Source of the DNA: an uncultured Gemmatimonadaceae bacterium
Lineage (GTDB): Bacteria; Gemmatimonadota; Gemmatimonadetes; Gemmatimonadales; GWC2-71-9
DNA length: 64,000 nt
NCBI GenBank assembly: GCA_964599725.1
Contig: CAZRGT010000016.1
Coordinates: 34,351 to 98,350 of the forward strand
Direction of reading: 5' to 3'
Shown in pieces: positions 28,717 through 38,465 of this stretch (within the stretch, counting starts at the first letter, position 1; each line of letters opens with the position of its first letter). Below the pieces are notes generated by a model, which made no database searches, was not told the origin of the DNA, and was given only the letters and a program-made list of their open reading frames with translations. Position numbers and translations under genes: made by a program.

Positions 28717-30364
28717 GCAGCTCTTCGGCGTGCCGCAGGGCGGTCGCCGAGTCGTGATCCCCCAACATGCGCGCGATCTCGCGCGCGCGTTCGCCCCCTT
28801 CGGCCACCCGCACGTCGCTCGTCGCGATGCCGCCGCGCGCGCCTTTGGCGACAACCAGATGGCGGTCGGCACACGCGGCGATCTGCGGCAGGTGCGTGAT
28901 GACGAGCGCCTGGCGCCCCGCGACCTGCCCACCCCCTGCCACCTGGGCGAGCGCCGACCCGACGCGCGCCGCCACCTCACCGCCGATCCCCTGGTCGACC
29001 TCGTCAAACACCAGCGTGGGCACGGCATCGTGATGCGCGAGGACGACCTTGAGTGCCAGCATGACCCGCGACAGCTCTCCACCTGACGCGACGCGCGCCA
29101 AGGGACGGGGATCCATTCCCTCATTCACTTTCACCAGCAACGTGACCGACTCCGCGCCGACCGCTCGAGGCTCCGCCAGCGCCGCGAGGTCCACGTGGAG
29201 CCGCCCGCCCGGGAGCCCCAGCGCAGGCAAGAGCTCGGTGACCGCCCGGGCCAGCCGCTCGGCGCCCTTCGCTCGCTTGACTGACAGCGCGCCGCACGCC
29301 CGCCGGTGCTCCACGGCGGCGGCTTCGTGTTGCGCGGCAATCTCCCGCAGATCGAAATCGGCCGTATCGAGCAGGTCGAGCTCACGCGTCGCGGCATCGC
29401 GCGCCGCCAGCACGTCCGGGATCGCCGGACCGTACTTCTGGAGCAGCCGGAACAGCGTGTCCCGACGTCGCTCCACGTCGGTCAGCCGGGCCGGATCGGT
29501 GTCGATGGCCGCGGCATACTCACGCGCCGCCCCCACCAGCTCCTCGACGTTCGTGAACGCCGTGTCGAGCAGCTCCCGCCACGCCCCCACCGCCGGGTCG
29601 AGTCGCTCGAGCGCGCCGATCAGCTTCTCGGCGCGGGCCAGGCCAGCTGCATCCAGCACCTGCTCCAGCTCGCGCGCCAGTCGTCCCAGCTCATCGGCGT
29701 GGGACAGGCGTCGCGCCTCCGCCTCGAGAGCCTCGTCCTCACCGACCTTGGGCGCGGCCCGGGCGATCTCGTCTGCGACATGACGCAGATAGTCGGCCTT
29801 GCGGCGGGCCTCGTCCTGCCGGCCGTGCAACGTCACTTCCTGCTCCATGAGGCCGCACAGGCGTCCGTAGGCGTCGCGCACGGCGACGCGCTCCACCTCC
29901 GCATCGGCGAAGGCGTCCAACAGGTCCCGCTGGGTCTCGGGCCGCAGCAGCGACTGCGTCTCGTGCTGGCCGTGCAGATCGACGAGCAGACTGCCGAGCT
30001 GAGCCAGCACCGCCACGGTGGTCGGACTGCCGCTCACCCACGCGCGCGATCGCCCCTCGACGGTGATCTCGCGCTTGAGAATGAGCCGGCCGTCTTCGGT
30101 CTCCACCCCCAAAGCCGCGAGCGACGCCGACAACCGCTCCAGATGCGCCGGCGCGAGCTCGAAGGCCCCTTCGATGACGGTTTTCTTGGCCCCGGGACGC
30201 ACGACGTCCGACGACGCTCTCTCGCCGAGCAGCAACGCCAGCGCGTCCACCAGCATCGACTTCCCCGCCCCGGTCTCACCGGTGAGGACGTTCAATCCCG
30301 CCCCCAGCGGCAAGGTGACGTCGGCGATGACGGCCAGGTCGCGCACACGCAGCTCCGTCAACAT
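28640..30364 (-). CDS. recN: DNA repair protein RecN
   Basis: LTGETGAGKS, HGQHE, ASGGELSR, FDEVD, ITHLPQ. Confidence 0.97.
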   Translation of the reverse strand: MLTELRVRDLAVIADVTLPLGAGLNVLTGETGAGKSMLVDALALLLGERASSDVVRPGAKKTVIEGAFELAPAHLERLSASLAALGVETEDGRLILKREITVEGRSRAWVSGSPTTVAVLAQLGSLLVDLHGQHETQSLLRPETQRDLLDAFADAEVERVAVRDAYGRLCGLMEQEVTLHGRQDEARRKADYLRHVADEIARAAPKVGEDEALEAEARRLSHADELGRLARELEQVLDAAGLARAEKLIGALERLDPAVGAWRELLDTAFTNVEELVGAAREYAAAIDTDPARLTDVERRRDTLFRLLQKYGPAIPDVLAARDAATRELDLLDTADFDLREIAAQHEAAAVEHRRACGALSVKRAKGAERLARAVTELLPALGLPGGRLHVDLAALAEPRAVGAESVTLLVKVNEGMDPRPLARVASGGELSRVMLALKVVLAHHDAVPTLVFDEVDQGIGGEVAARVGSALAQVAGGGQVAGRQALVITHLPQIAACADRHLVVAKGARGGIATSDVRVAEGGERAREIARMLGDHDSATALRHAEELLRTARSSVASRSETRSRPVPDRPRR

Positions 30365-31246
30365 CTACTTGTTGCGCTCGCGATCCGCGAGATCGCCCCA
30401 GTTGAGCTTGCGACGTAACCGGGCAAAGATTCCCTCGGGCCCCAGCCGCCCCAGCAACACCGGCCGCTCGGCCTGTCGCACGAGGACCCGCTGGGCCGGT
30501 TGAAGGGTGCTGCCCACCTGCCCATCCAGAGAAAGGAAGATTCCCTCGCTATCGGACCACGGAGGGATCGGCTCGATCGTCACGACAGCCTGCGACGGCA
30601 ACACGAGGGGCCGAACCGCGAGCGTGTGAGGACAGATGGCGGTGACCACGATGGCATCCACCCCATGGACGACGATCGGCCCGCCAGCCGACAACGAGTA
30701 CGCGGTCGACCCCGTGGGCGAGGCGACAATGATCCCGTCGGCGCTGTAGGCACCGACCTCCTCACCGTCCACCAGGACGCGGAACCGCAGTACGCGGGCT
30801 ACCCCACCTTTGTGGACCACCACGTCGTTCAGTGCGATCGGTAGCGGCCGCCGGCCGCCCCCCTGCTCCTCGACCGTGGTAGCGAGGGCGAGACGTGGCT
30901 CGGTCGTGTAGGCCCCCCGCGCGACCGCGTCCAAGACCCAGTCGAGGTTTTGGGCCGACGCCGTGGCCAGAAACCCGACCCGGCCCACGTTAATGCCGAG
31001 AATCGGCGTCGGGGCACCGTCCAGCAGACGGGCGCCGCGCAACAGGGTACCGTCGCCACCGAAGGTGAGCAGGCAGGCAAGCCGATCGGACGGAGCGAAC
31101 ACCGGGGGCCGGGGGCCAGGCCAGTATTCGAGCAAGCGCTCTTCGGTGAACAGCGTGAAGCCGAGACGGGGCGCGGCCTCGGCCAGTCGCGCGAGCAGGC
31201 TCCGGAGATCGTGGTAGCTGGGGTTGCCCACGACCCCGACGTTCAT
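30365..31246 (-). CDS. nadK: NAD kinase
   Basis: GGDGTLL, GINVGRVGFL, LND, DGIIVASPTGSTAYSLSAGGP. Confidence 0.96.
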   Translation of the reverse strand: MNVGVVGNPSYHDLRSLLARLAEAAPRLGFTLFTEERLLEYWPGPRPPVFAPSDRLACLLTFGGDGTLLRGARLLDGAPTPILGINVGRVGFLATASAQNLDWVLDAVARGAYTTEPRLALATTVEEQGGGRRPLPIALNDVVVHKGGVARVLRFRVLVDGEEVGAYSADGIIVASPTGSTAYSLSAGGPIVVHGVDAIVVTAICPHTLAVRPLVLPSQAVVTIEPIPPWSDSEGIFLSLDGQVGSTLQPAQRVLVRQAERPVLLGRLGPEGIFARLRRKLNWGDLADRERNK

Positions 31247-33144
31247 CGGGGCGCGAGACTCTCTTCGGCGGCGAGTGCCCGAAGGCGACCCGCGATCGCG
31301 GCGCCAGTGAGCCCCACCTCCGCCAGTTGACGGGCGCGAGGCGCGTGCTCGTAGGTGCGGTCCGGGACCCCGAGCGGCACGACGCGCACGTCCGGAGAGG
31401 TGGTTTGCATCAGTCCGGCCAGCGTCGCGCCGAAACCGTTCACGACGGTGCCGTCCTCGATGGTCACGAGCAGCTTGTGATCGCGCGTGAGCGCTTCCAG
31501 CAGAGCGCGATCCATCGGCTTCAGGAAACGGCAGTTGACGACCGTCACGTCGAACCCGTCCGCGGTGAGCGATTCGGCCGCTTCGAGGGCGGGGCGGCAC
31601 ATGACCCCGACCGCGAGCAGCGCACATTCCCGGCCACGCCGCAGCATTTCCCAGGTCCCGTACGGCACCGGGGCCACCTCGGCCGCAGGCGGCGCTTCGC
31701 CGGGGGCCTTGTCACGCGGGTACCGCAACGAGAACGGCCCTTCCCCGTGCGCCATGGCGCAGCGCAGAAGACCGATCAGCTCCGCGCCATCCTTGGGCGC
31801 GGTCACCGTCATGTGCGGTACGGCGAGCAGGTAGGGAATGTCGTAGAGTCCCATGTGCGTCTGGCCGTCTTCCCCCACCATGCCGGCGCGGTCGAGGCAG
31901 AACGTGACGGGCAGGCGCTGGATGGCGACGTCGTGGATGATGGAATCATAAGCGCGTTGCAGGAACGTCGAGTAGATCGCCACGATGGGACGCATGCCCT
32001 GGGTCGCCAGACCGGCGGCGAAGGTAACCGCGTGCCCTTCGGCGATGCCCACGTCGAAAAAGCGGCTCGGCCACTTCTTCTGGAAAATGTTTGTGCCCGT
32101 CCCCGAGGGCATGGCGGCGGTGATCGCCACCAGACCTGGAAATTCGCCGGCGAGCTGTGTGATGGCCTCACCGAACACCTTGGTCCACTGCGGCGCTCCG
32201 GGCGCCACTGGCCTGAGGACGCCTGTGACCGGGTCGTACGGCGCGCGCGCGTGGTACTTCTCGAGATCCGGCTCGGGCAGCGGGAACCCCTTGCCCTTCT
32301 GGGTCAGAACGTGGACGAGCCGCGGACCCTTCAGCTTGCCCACGATGTCGAGCGTCGCCACAAGATGCGGGATATCGTGGCCGTCGATCGGACCGAAGTA
32401 GCGGAAGCCCAACTCCTCGAACAGCATCCCCGGCGACCAGAGGTTCTTGACGCTTTCCTCGACGGTTTTCGCGAACTCGATCAGGCGCGGCCCCCCGACC
32501 AGGTGGGAGGCCTTCTCGATGGCGTGCTTCACCCGCTCGCGCCACCGCACGGTGACGGGACTCGCGAGGATCGAGCCCAGATACTTGTTGATGGCACCGA
32601 CGTTCGGCGCGATCGACATGCCGTTGTCGTTCAGCACGACGATCAGGTCGCGATCGGAGTGACCGGCGTTGTTCATCGCCTCGTAGGGCAAGCCGCAGGT
32701 CATCGCGCCGTCCCCCACGACGGCGACGACCTTGTGGGCCTGGCCGGCGAGATCGCGGGCCGCCGCCATGCCCAGCGCGGCCGAGAGCGCCGTGCCCGCA
32801 TGCCCGGCCCCGAACTGGTCGTGCGGGCTTTCATCGCGACGCAGGAAGCCCGAGAGGCCGCCCTCCTGCCGGAGGGTCGGGAGTCGATCGTTGCGGCCGG
32901 TAAGGATCTTCCAGGGATAGCCCTGGTGTCCCACGTCCCACACGATCTTGTCGCGCGGGGAATCGAAGGCGTAACACAGCGCGACCGTGAGCTCGACGAC
33001 GCCGAGCCCGGCGCCGATGTGGCCGCCGGTCTGGGACACGACCTCGATCAGGCGCTGGCGCACCTCGTCCGCGAGCGGCTGCAGCTGGTCCTTGGCGAGC
33101 CGCTTGACGTCGCCGGGTTCCCGAATCGATTCCAGGAGGGGCAC
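31243..33144 (-). CDS. dxs: 1-deoxy-D-xylulose-5-phosphate synthase
   Basis: GGHIGAGLG, WDVGHQ, GDGA...NDN, DVGIAE, YSTFLQRAYD. Confidence 0.97.
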   Translation of the reverse strand: MPLLESIREPGDVKRLAKDQLQPLADEVRQRLIEVVSQTGGHIGAGLGVVELTVALCYAFDSPRDKIVWDVGHQGYPWKILTGRNDRLPTLRQEGGLSGFLRRDESPHDQFGAGHAGTALSAALGMAAARDLAGQAHKVVAVVGDGAMTCGLPYEAMNNAGHSDRDLIVVLNDNGMSIAPNVGAINKYLGSILASPVTVRWRERVKHAIEKASHLVGGPRLIEFAKTVEESVKNLWSPGMLFEELGFRYFGPIDGHDIPHLVATLDIVGKLKGPRLVHVLTQKGKGFPLPEPDLEKYHARAPYDPVTGVLRPVAPGAPQWTKVFGEAITQLAGEFPGLVAITAAMPSGTGTNIFQKKWPSRFFDVGIAEGHAVTFAAGLATQGMRPIVAIYSTFLQRAYDSIIHDVAIQRLPVTFCLDRAGMVGEDGQTHMGLYDIPYLLAVPHMTVTAPKDGAELIGLLRCAMAHGEGPFSLRYPRDKAPGEAPPAAEVAPVPYGTWEMLRRGRECALLAVGVMCRPALEAAESLTADGFDVTVVNCRFLKPMDRALLEALTRDHKLLVTIEDGTVVNGFGATLAGLMQTTSPDVRVVPLGVPDRTYEHAPRARQLAEVGLTGAAIAGRLRALAAEESLAPR

Positions 33145-33147
33145 GGG

Positions 33148-34074
33148 TCAGTTCGTCCGAGTCACGATGTAGTGGGCCAGCGCCACGAGTGTAGGGGAAA
33201 CTAACGCCGCCTGACGCAGCCGGTCTACGGCCTGCGCCGAGAGGCGCTCGGCTTCCGCGCGCGCGGCTCCCACGCCCAGGACGGATACGAAGGTGGATTT
33301 CGCGAGCGCCGCGTCGCGCCCCGCCGTCTTGCCCAGCTGCGCGGACGTCGCGGTCGCATCGAGGATGTCGTCGGCGATCTGGAACGCGAGCCCGATTGCC
33401 TCCCCGTAGGCGCGGAGCGCCGCGAGGTGGTCGGCGGGGGCTCCGCTGCCCGCCGCGAGTCCCCCGATCACGCACGCGGCCGCGATCAGGGCGCCGGTCT
33501 TCCGCTGGTGCACGTCCTGCAGCGCGCCGATCGAGATGGCCAGCCCCTCGGCCTCGAGGTCGAGCACCTGGCCGCCGATCATCCCGCCGGCTCCGGCGGC
33601 GTGGAACAACTCCAGTGCAATCGCCCGACGGCGGTCGGACTCCACGCGCAGCGCATCGAGGCCGGACACGAGCACCCGCGCGGCGAGCCCCACCATGTGG
33701 AATCCGGCGCTGGTCGCCGCCCGGACATCGAAGGCCCGATGCACGGTTGGGCGGCCGCGGCGCAGGTCGTCATTGTCCATGCACGGGAGATCGTCGTGCA
33801 CCAGGGAGTATGCGTGCACCACCTCGACCGCCGCGGCCAGCTCTCCAATCCCGCTCGCCGTTCCATCGCCACCCAACGCTTCGTACGCGGCGAAGACCAG
33901 CGTGGGACGGAGGCGCTTGCCGGCGCTCAACACGCTGTACTGTACCGCGGCGGGGACCGGCGCCGGCCAGAACGCGTGCGCCGCGGCGCTCCAGCGCTCC
34001 AGCACTCCGTCGACGCGCGACCGCGTGTCCGTGAGGTAGGCTTCGAGCGCGTGGTCAGCGGTCGATGTCGCCAA
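33148..34074 (-). CDS. ispA: Farnesyl/geranylgeranyl diphosphate synthase
   Basis: GKRLRP, HDDLPCMDNDDLRRG, KTG, FQIADDILD. Confidence 0.95.
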   Translation of the reverse strand: MATSTADHALEAYLTDTRSRVDGVLERWSAAAHAFWPAPVPAAVQYSVLSAGKRLRPTLVFAAYEALGGDGTASGIGELAAAVEVVHAYSLVHDDLPCMDNDDLRRGRPTVHRAFDVRAATSAGFHMVGLAARVLVSGLDALRVESDRRRAIALELFHAAGAGGMIGGQVLDLEAEGLAISIGALQDVHQRKTGALIAAACVIGGLAAGSGAPADHLAALRAYGEAIGLAFQIADDILDATATSAQLGKTAGRDAALAKSTFVSVLGVGAARAEAERLSAQAVDRLRQAALVSPTLVALAHYIVTRTN

Positions 34075-34285
34075 GCTGCAGCTTCCCCGCCTGGGTCCCC
34101 AGCACCTGGCGCACCCGCAGCTCGGCGGTGTTCAGTCGCTCCCGCGCGGCGCGGAGCCGTTCCACGCCCTCTTCGAACAAGCGCAGGGCGTCGTCCAGAT
34201 CCAGCTCTTCGCCCTCGAGCCGCCGGACGATCTGCTCCAGCCGCTCGAGATCCTGCGCGAACCCATGGGCTTCCGGCGTCGTCAC
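34055..34285 (-). CDS. xseB: Exonuclease VII small subunit
   Basis: LEQIVRRLEGEELDLDDALRLFEEG. Confidence 0.93.
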   Translation of the reverse strand: MTTPEAHGFAQDLERLEQIVRRLEGEELDLDDALRLFEEGVERLRAARERLNTAELRVRQVLGTQAGKLQLGDIDR

Positions 34286-35439
34286 GCTTCACCAACCCGG
34301 GCCGCGATCTCGCCGTCGGTCACCCGCAGCCGGAACGAGCTGCCGGGAACGAACTGGGCCTTGCGTCGCAACACCCGGCCATCCGTGTCCCGCGCCACCG
34401 CGTAGCCTCGCTCCAGCACCCGCAGCGGGGACAGGGCGTCGAGCCGCGCGGCCCCGGCCGCGAGACGCGCGCTGGAGCGTTCCATCATGCGCTCCGTCAC
34501 ACTCGTCAAGCGATCCCCGACGCGTTCCAGCCGCTCCCCCGCATGACGCGTCGGCGCGGCGAGCGCGCGGGTCAGGGCGCCGGCCAGGCGGTCCAGGGCC
34601 GCCAGCAGCTCGGTGCGATCGGGCGTGGCGGCCGCGGCCGCGGCCGACGGCGTGGGCGCGCGGAGATCGGCCACGAGATCGCAGAGGGTGACATCGGTTT
34701 CGTGGCCGACCGCGGAGATCACGGGCACGGGCACCGCGGCGACGGCGCGAGCCACCCGCTCACTATTGAAGGTCCAGAGATCCTCCTTGGCGCCGCCACC
34801 CCGTCCGACGATCGCCACGTCCAGTCGCGGAATGCGGCTCAGCAACGCCAGCGCGGCGCACACCTCGCGGTCCGCTCCCTCACCCTGCACCCGCGTCGGC
34901 ACGAGCAGCAGCTCCACCCCCGGCCAGCGCCGTTCGATCACCGCGACGATGTCCCCGAACGCGGCGCCGTCCGGGCTGGTCACCACCGCGATGCGGCGGG
35001 GAAACGGCGGCAGGGCCCGTTTCCGCGCCGGATCGAGCAGGCCATCCCGCACCAGCGCCGCCTTGGCTTTTTCGAACGCCACCTGCCACAGGCCGCCGGC
35101 CTCGGTCGACAACAGGTGGCGCACGGTGAGGCGGAACTCCCCACGCTCCTCCCACACCGTCGGCAGTCCGAAGGCGAACACCTGCAGCCCGTCGGTCGGG
35201 GCGGCCGGGAGGCGCTGATTGTCCCGCGACCACATGACGCAGCGCAGCTGCGCCACGTGGTCGCGCAGCGTGAAGTACCAGTGTCCGCTCCCATACGCCT
35301 TGAAGCCCGAGATCTCGCCTTTCACCCACACCGCGGGCAGGCCGGCCTCGACGACCGCGCGGGCGCGTCGCGTCAGCTCCGCGACGCTCCAGGCGCCTTC
35401 GGGGCTGAGCGCGGTGAAAAGATCTAGGGACGAGCCCAC
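34282..35439 (-). CDS. xseA: Exonuclease VII large subunit
   Basis: WVKGEIS, GHWYFTL, RGGG, SAVGHETD, PTPSAAA, LSPLRVLERGY; start approximate. Confidence 0.94.
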   Translation of the reverse strand: MGSSLDLFTALSPEGAWSVAELTRRARAVVEAGLPAVWVKGEISGFKAYGSGHWYFTLRDHVAQLRCVMWSRDNQRLPAAPTDGLQVFAFGLPTVWEERGEFRLTVRHLLSTEAGGLWQVAFEKAKAALVRDGLLDPARKRALPPFPRRIAVVTSPDGAAFGDIVAVIERRWPGVELLLVPTRVQGEGADREVCAALALLSRIPRLDVAIVGRGGGAKEDLWTFNSERVARAVAAVPVPVISAVGHETDVTLCDLVADLRAPTPSAAAAAATPDRTELLAALDRLAGALTRALAAPTRHAGERLERVGDRLTSVTERMMERSSARLAAGAARLDALSPLRVLERGYAVARDTDGRVLRRKAQFVPGSSFRLRVTDGEIAARVGEA

Positions 35440-36311
35440 TGCCGGGCCGCCTGGACCGTATTGACGAGCAGCATGGTGATGGTCATCGGCCCGACGCCGC
35501 CCGGCACCGGCGTGATCGCGGACGCGACCTCGGCCGCCGCCGCGAACTGCACGTCTCCCACGAGCCGATACCCCTGTTTGGCGGTGGGATCGCTGACGCG
35601 ATTGACGCCGACGTCGATCACGACGGCGCCGGGACGCACCATCTCCCCCGTGACGAACTCGGGCCTGCCCATCGCCACGATGAGAATATCGGCCTGCCGG
35701 GTCACGGAGGCGATGTTGCGGGTGCGTGAATGGCACACGGTCACCGTCGCATTGCCGCCGGCGCCGTCCTGCAGCAGCAAGGCGGCCATGGGACGGCCGA
35801 CGATGTTGGAACGGCCCACGATCACGGCGTGGGCGCCGGTCGTCTCCACGCCGCTGCGCAGCAGCAGCTGCTGGACGCCGTACGGCGTGGCGGGCCGGAA
35901 CCCCGTCGGGTCACCGGTCGAGACTTTCCCCACGTTCACGGGATGGAATCCGTCAACGTCCTTACGCGGGTCGATGCGCATCAGCACACGCGAGGAATCC
36001 ATGTGCCTGGGCAGCGGCAGCTGCACGAGGATGCCGTGAATCTTCGGATCCGCGTTCAGCCGGTCGATCAGCCCGAGCAGATCGGCCTCGCTCAGGTCCG
36101 CTGGCCGATCGATGGTCTCGTGGTAGAGGCCCGCCTCGTCGCACGCTTTGCCTTTCATGCGCACGTAGGTCGCCGATGCGGGATTCTCCCCCACCAGCAC
36201 CGCGGCCAATCCGGGCGTGACGCCGCGCCCCTTGAGCGCCGCGATCTCCCCGCCCAGCTCGGCCCGCATGGCCCGGCCGATGGCCGTCCCGTCGATCAGC
36301 TCAGCGGGCAA
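35424..36311 (-). CDS. folD: Methylene-THF dehydrogenase/cyclohydrolase
   Basis: GILVQLPLP, KDVDGFHP, TPVPGGVGPMT. Confidence 0.97.
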   Translation of the reverse strand: MPAELIDGTAIGRAMRAELGGEIAALKGRGVTPGLAAVLVGENPASATYVRMKGKACDEAGLYHETIDRPADLSEADLLGLIDRLNADPKIHGILVQLPLPRHMDSSRVLMRIDPRKDVDGFHPVNVGKVSTGDPTGFRPATPYGVQQLLLRSGVETTGAHAVIVGRSNIVGRPMAALLLQDGAGGNATVTVCHSRTRNIASVTRQADILIVAMGRPEFVTGEMVRPGAVVIDVGVNRVSDPTAKQGYRLVGDVQFAAAAEVASAITPVPGGVGPMTITMLLVNTVQAARQWARP

Positions 36312-37815
36312 TGTCCACCGCCCGTGTCTCCCGGATGACCACGACCCGGATTTGTCCCGGATACTGGAGCTCGCGCTCGATGCGCCGCGAGATCTGCTCG
36401 GCGAGCCCCACCGCGGCGGCGTCGTCCACGGTGCCGGGCGTCACCACGACGCGCACTTCGCGTCCGGCCTGAATCGCGTAGACCTTCTCGACCCCCCCGA
36501 ATTCCCCGGCGATCTGCTCGATGGCGGTGAGGCGCTTGACGTACGTCTCGAACGCTTCGCGTCGCGCCCCGGGTCGCGCGCCGGAAATGGCATCCGCCGC
36601 CTGCACGATGACGCTGATGGCGGAATCGTGCGGGACATCGTCGTGATGCGCGGCGATGCAATTGATGACGACCGGATGCTCGCCGTACTTGGTCGCCACC
36701 TCCACGCCCAGCTGGACGTGGGTGCCGTCGTGCTCGTGCGTGAGCACCTTGCCGATGTCGTGGAGCAAGCCGCCCCGTTTGGCGAGCGCGACGTCGAGCT
36801 TCAACTCCGCCGCCATGATGCCGGCAATCCACGCCACTTCCTTCGAGTGCTCGAGGATATTCTGGCCGTAGGACGTGCGGTAACGCATGCGGCCGACCAG
36901 CTTGACCAGCTCCTGGTGCATGCCCCGGATGCCGGTCTCGTAAATGGCCCGCTCCCCGGCCTCCTGGATTCCCGCGTCGATCTCCTCCTGCGCCTTGCGG
37001 ACCACTTCCTCGATGCGGCCGGGATGGATGCGCCCATCCGCGATGAGCCGACCGAGCGCCACGCGGGCGACCTCCCGTCGCACCGGATCGAAACAAGAGA
37101 TGACGACGGTGTCGGGCGTGTCGTCGATGATGACGTCGGCGCCCGTCGCGGCCTCGAACGCCCGGATATTGCGCCCCTCGCGCCCGATGATCCGGCCTTT
37201 CATTTCGTCGGACGGGAGTGCCACCGCGGCGACGGTGGTCTCGGCGGTGTACTCGGTGGCGATGCGTTGAATCGCCAGCGCGACAATCTTCTTGGCATCG
37301 CGATCCGCGTTCTTTTGCGCCTGCTCGCGAATATCCCGCAGCAGCGCGGCCGCTTCGCCCCGCGCCTCTTCCTCAAATCGACGCTTCAGCTCCTCTTTGG
37401 CATCCTGCGCCGAGAGCCCGGCGATGCGCTCGAGCCGCGCCTGGACCTCTCGTTCCGCCCCGGTGAGCGCGCGCTCCCGCTCCGTGCTCGTCTGCTCGCG
37501 GCGCGACAGCTCACGGTCCCGCTCGGCGACCGCCGCCTGCTGGCGCTCCAGCCCGCCCTGACGTTGGTCGAGCTCCCGGCGCCGCTCCGCCAGCTCGCGC
37601 TCCAGCGCCTCGCGTGCGCGGATCGTCTCCTCCCGCGCCTCGAGCTGCAATCGCTGGCGCGCCTCGGCCAGCTCCCGCTCACGATCCTGGGCGGCCTGAC
37701 GCTCGACCGCATCGGCGCGCCGCCGGCCCGCACCCCGGCCCAGGAAATAGAAAACCGTTCCCGCAGCGATCCCGCCGCCGAGAACGGATACCACGATCTC
37801 GATCCAGGGTGACAT
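36301..37815 (-). CDS. rny: Ribonuclease Y
   Basis: N-terminal TM, KGRIIGREGRNIR KH domain, HDIGK HD domain. Confidence 0.97.
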   Translation of the reverse strand: MSPWIEIVVSVLGGGIAAGTVFYFLGRGAGRRRADAVERQAAQDRERELAEARQRLQLEAREETIRAREALERELAERRRELDQRQGGLERQQAAVAERDRELSRREQTSTERERALTGAEREVQARLERIAGLSAQDAKEELKRRFEEEARGEAAALLRDIREQAQKNADRDAKKIVALAIQRIATEYTAETTVAAVALPSDEMKGRIIGREGRNIRAFEAATGADVIIDDTPDTVVISCFDPVRREVARVALGRLIADGRIHPGRIEEVVRKAQEEIDAGIQEAGERAIYETGIRGMHQELVKLVGRMRYRTSYGQNILEHSKEVAWIAGIMAAELKLDVALAKRGGLLHDIGKVLTHEHDGTHVQLGVEVATKYGEHPVVINCIAAHHDDVPHDSAISVIVQAADAISGARPGARREAFETYVKRLTAIEQIAGEFGGVEKVYAIQAGREVRVVVTPGTVDDAAAVGLAEQISRRIERELQYPGQIRVVVIRETRAVDIAR

Positions 37816-37866
37816 CGATCTATCTCCGACTGCGCACCGACTCGCTGGCCGGGCGTCGTGATTTCC

Positions 37867-38172
37867 TCAGCGTTCCGCTGTCGTCCGTCGCCCCGGCGGG
37901 AGCATCTTGGAGAAATCGTCCGCCAGAGCCGCCAGCCGTGCCGCGACCTCACGCTCGCCCCGCTTGGCCTGAAACAGCTCGTTCGTGATGTCGAGCGCGG
38001 CGAGGATCGCGGCCTTGTGCGTCTCCACCAGCCCACCCTGGGCCAGCACTTTCTTCAACGCCTGATCGACGAATCCCGCCACTTCACGGGTGTATTCGGG
38101 CGAGAGGTCCGAGCGGACCGTGTACTCCTCGCCTCCAATCATCACTTTGACCGCATGTTTTTTTGACGTCAT
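37867..38172 (-). CDS. zapA: Cell division protein ZapA
   Basis: IGGEEY, AILAALDI; conserved position. Confidence 0.88.
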   Translation of the reverse strand: MTSKKHAVKVMIGGEEYTVRSDLSPEYTREVAGFVDQALKKVLAQGGLVETHKAAILAALDITNELFQAKRGEREVAARLAALADDFSKMLPPGRRTTAER

Positions 38173-38465
38173 CGACTCGGGCGGCCGGCGGCCGCGTCGC
38201 TCGGTCCGCCCGCCTCGCGGGCCTGCTCTTCGAGGAACGCCAACCGCGCGACGAGGGCTTGCACGCGGGTCTTCGCCGCGTCGACTCGGGTGCGCAGTTG
38301 CCGGCTCTCACCGTCCACTTCTCCTCGGGCCGTGCCACCACGCTTGCCGTCGCCTTCAGCTTTCAGCGCCCGCGCCCGCCAGGTCGCCAGATCCTCGGCG
38401 ACCTCGCGCAGCACCGACTCCAGCTGCTCCAACGCGCGGCTATCAGCCCGTTCTGCGCCGTACAC
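38169..38465 (-). CDS. Coiled-coil protein, ZapB-like
   Basis: Heptad pattern; located between pheT and zapA. Confidence 0.65.
   Translation of the reverse strand: MYGAERADSRALEQLESVLREVAEDLATWRARALKAEGDGKRGGTARGEVDGESRQLRTRVDAAKTRVQALVARLAFLEEQAREAGGPSDAAAGRPSR

Noticed and set aside
37816-37866. 6S RNA, often found after zapA
   Set aside because: Only 51 nt separate zapA and rny, too short.
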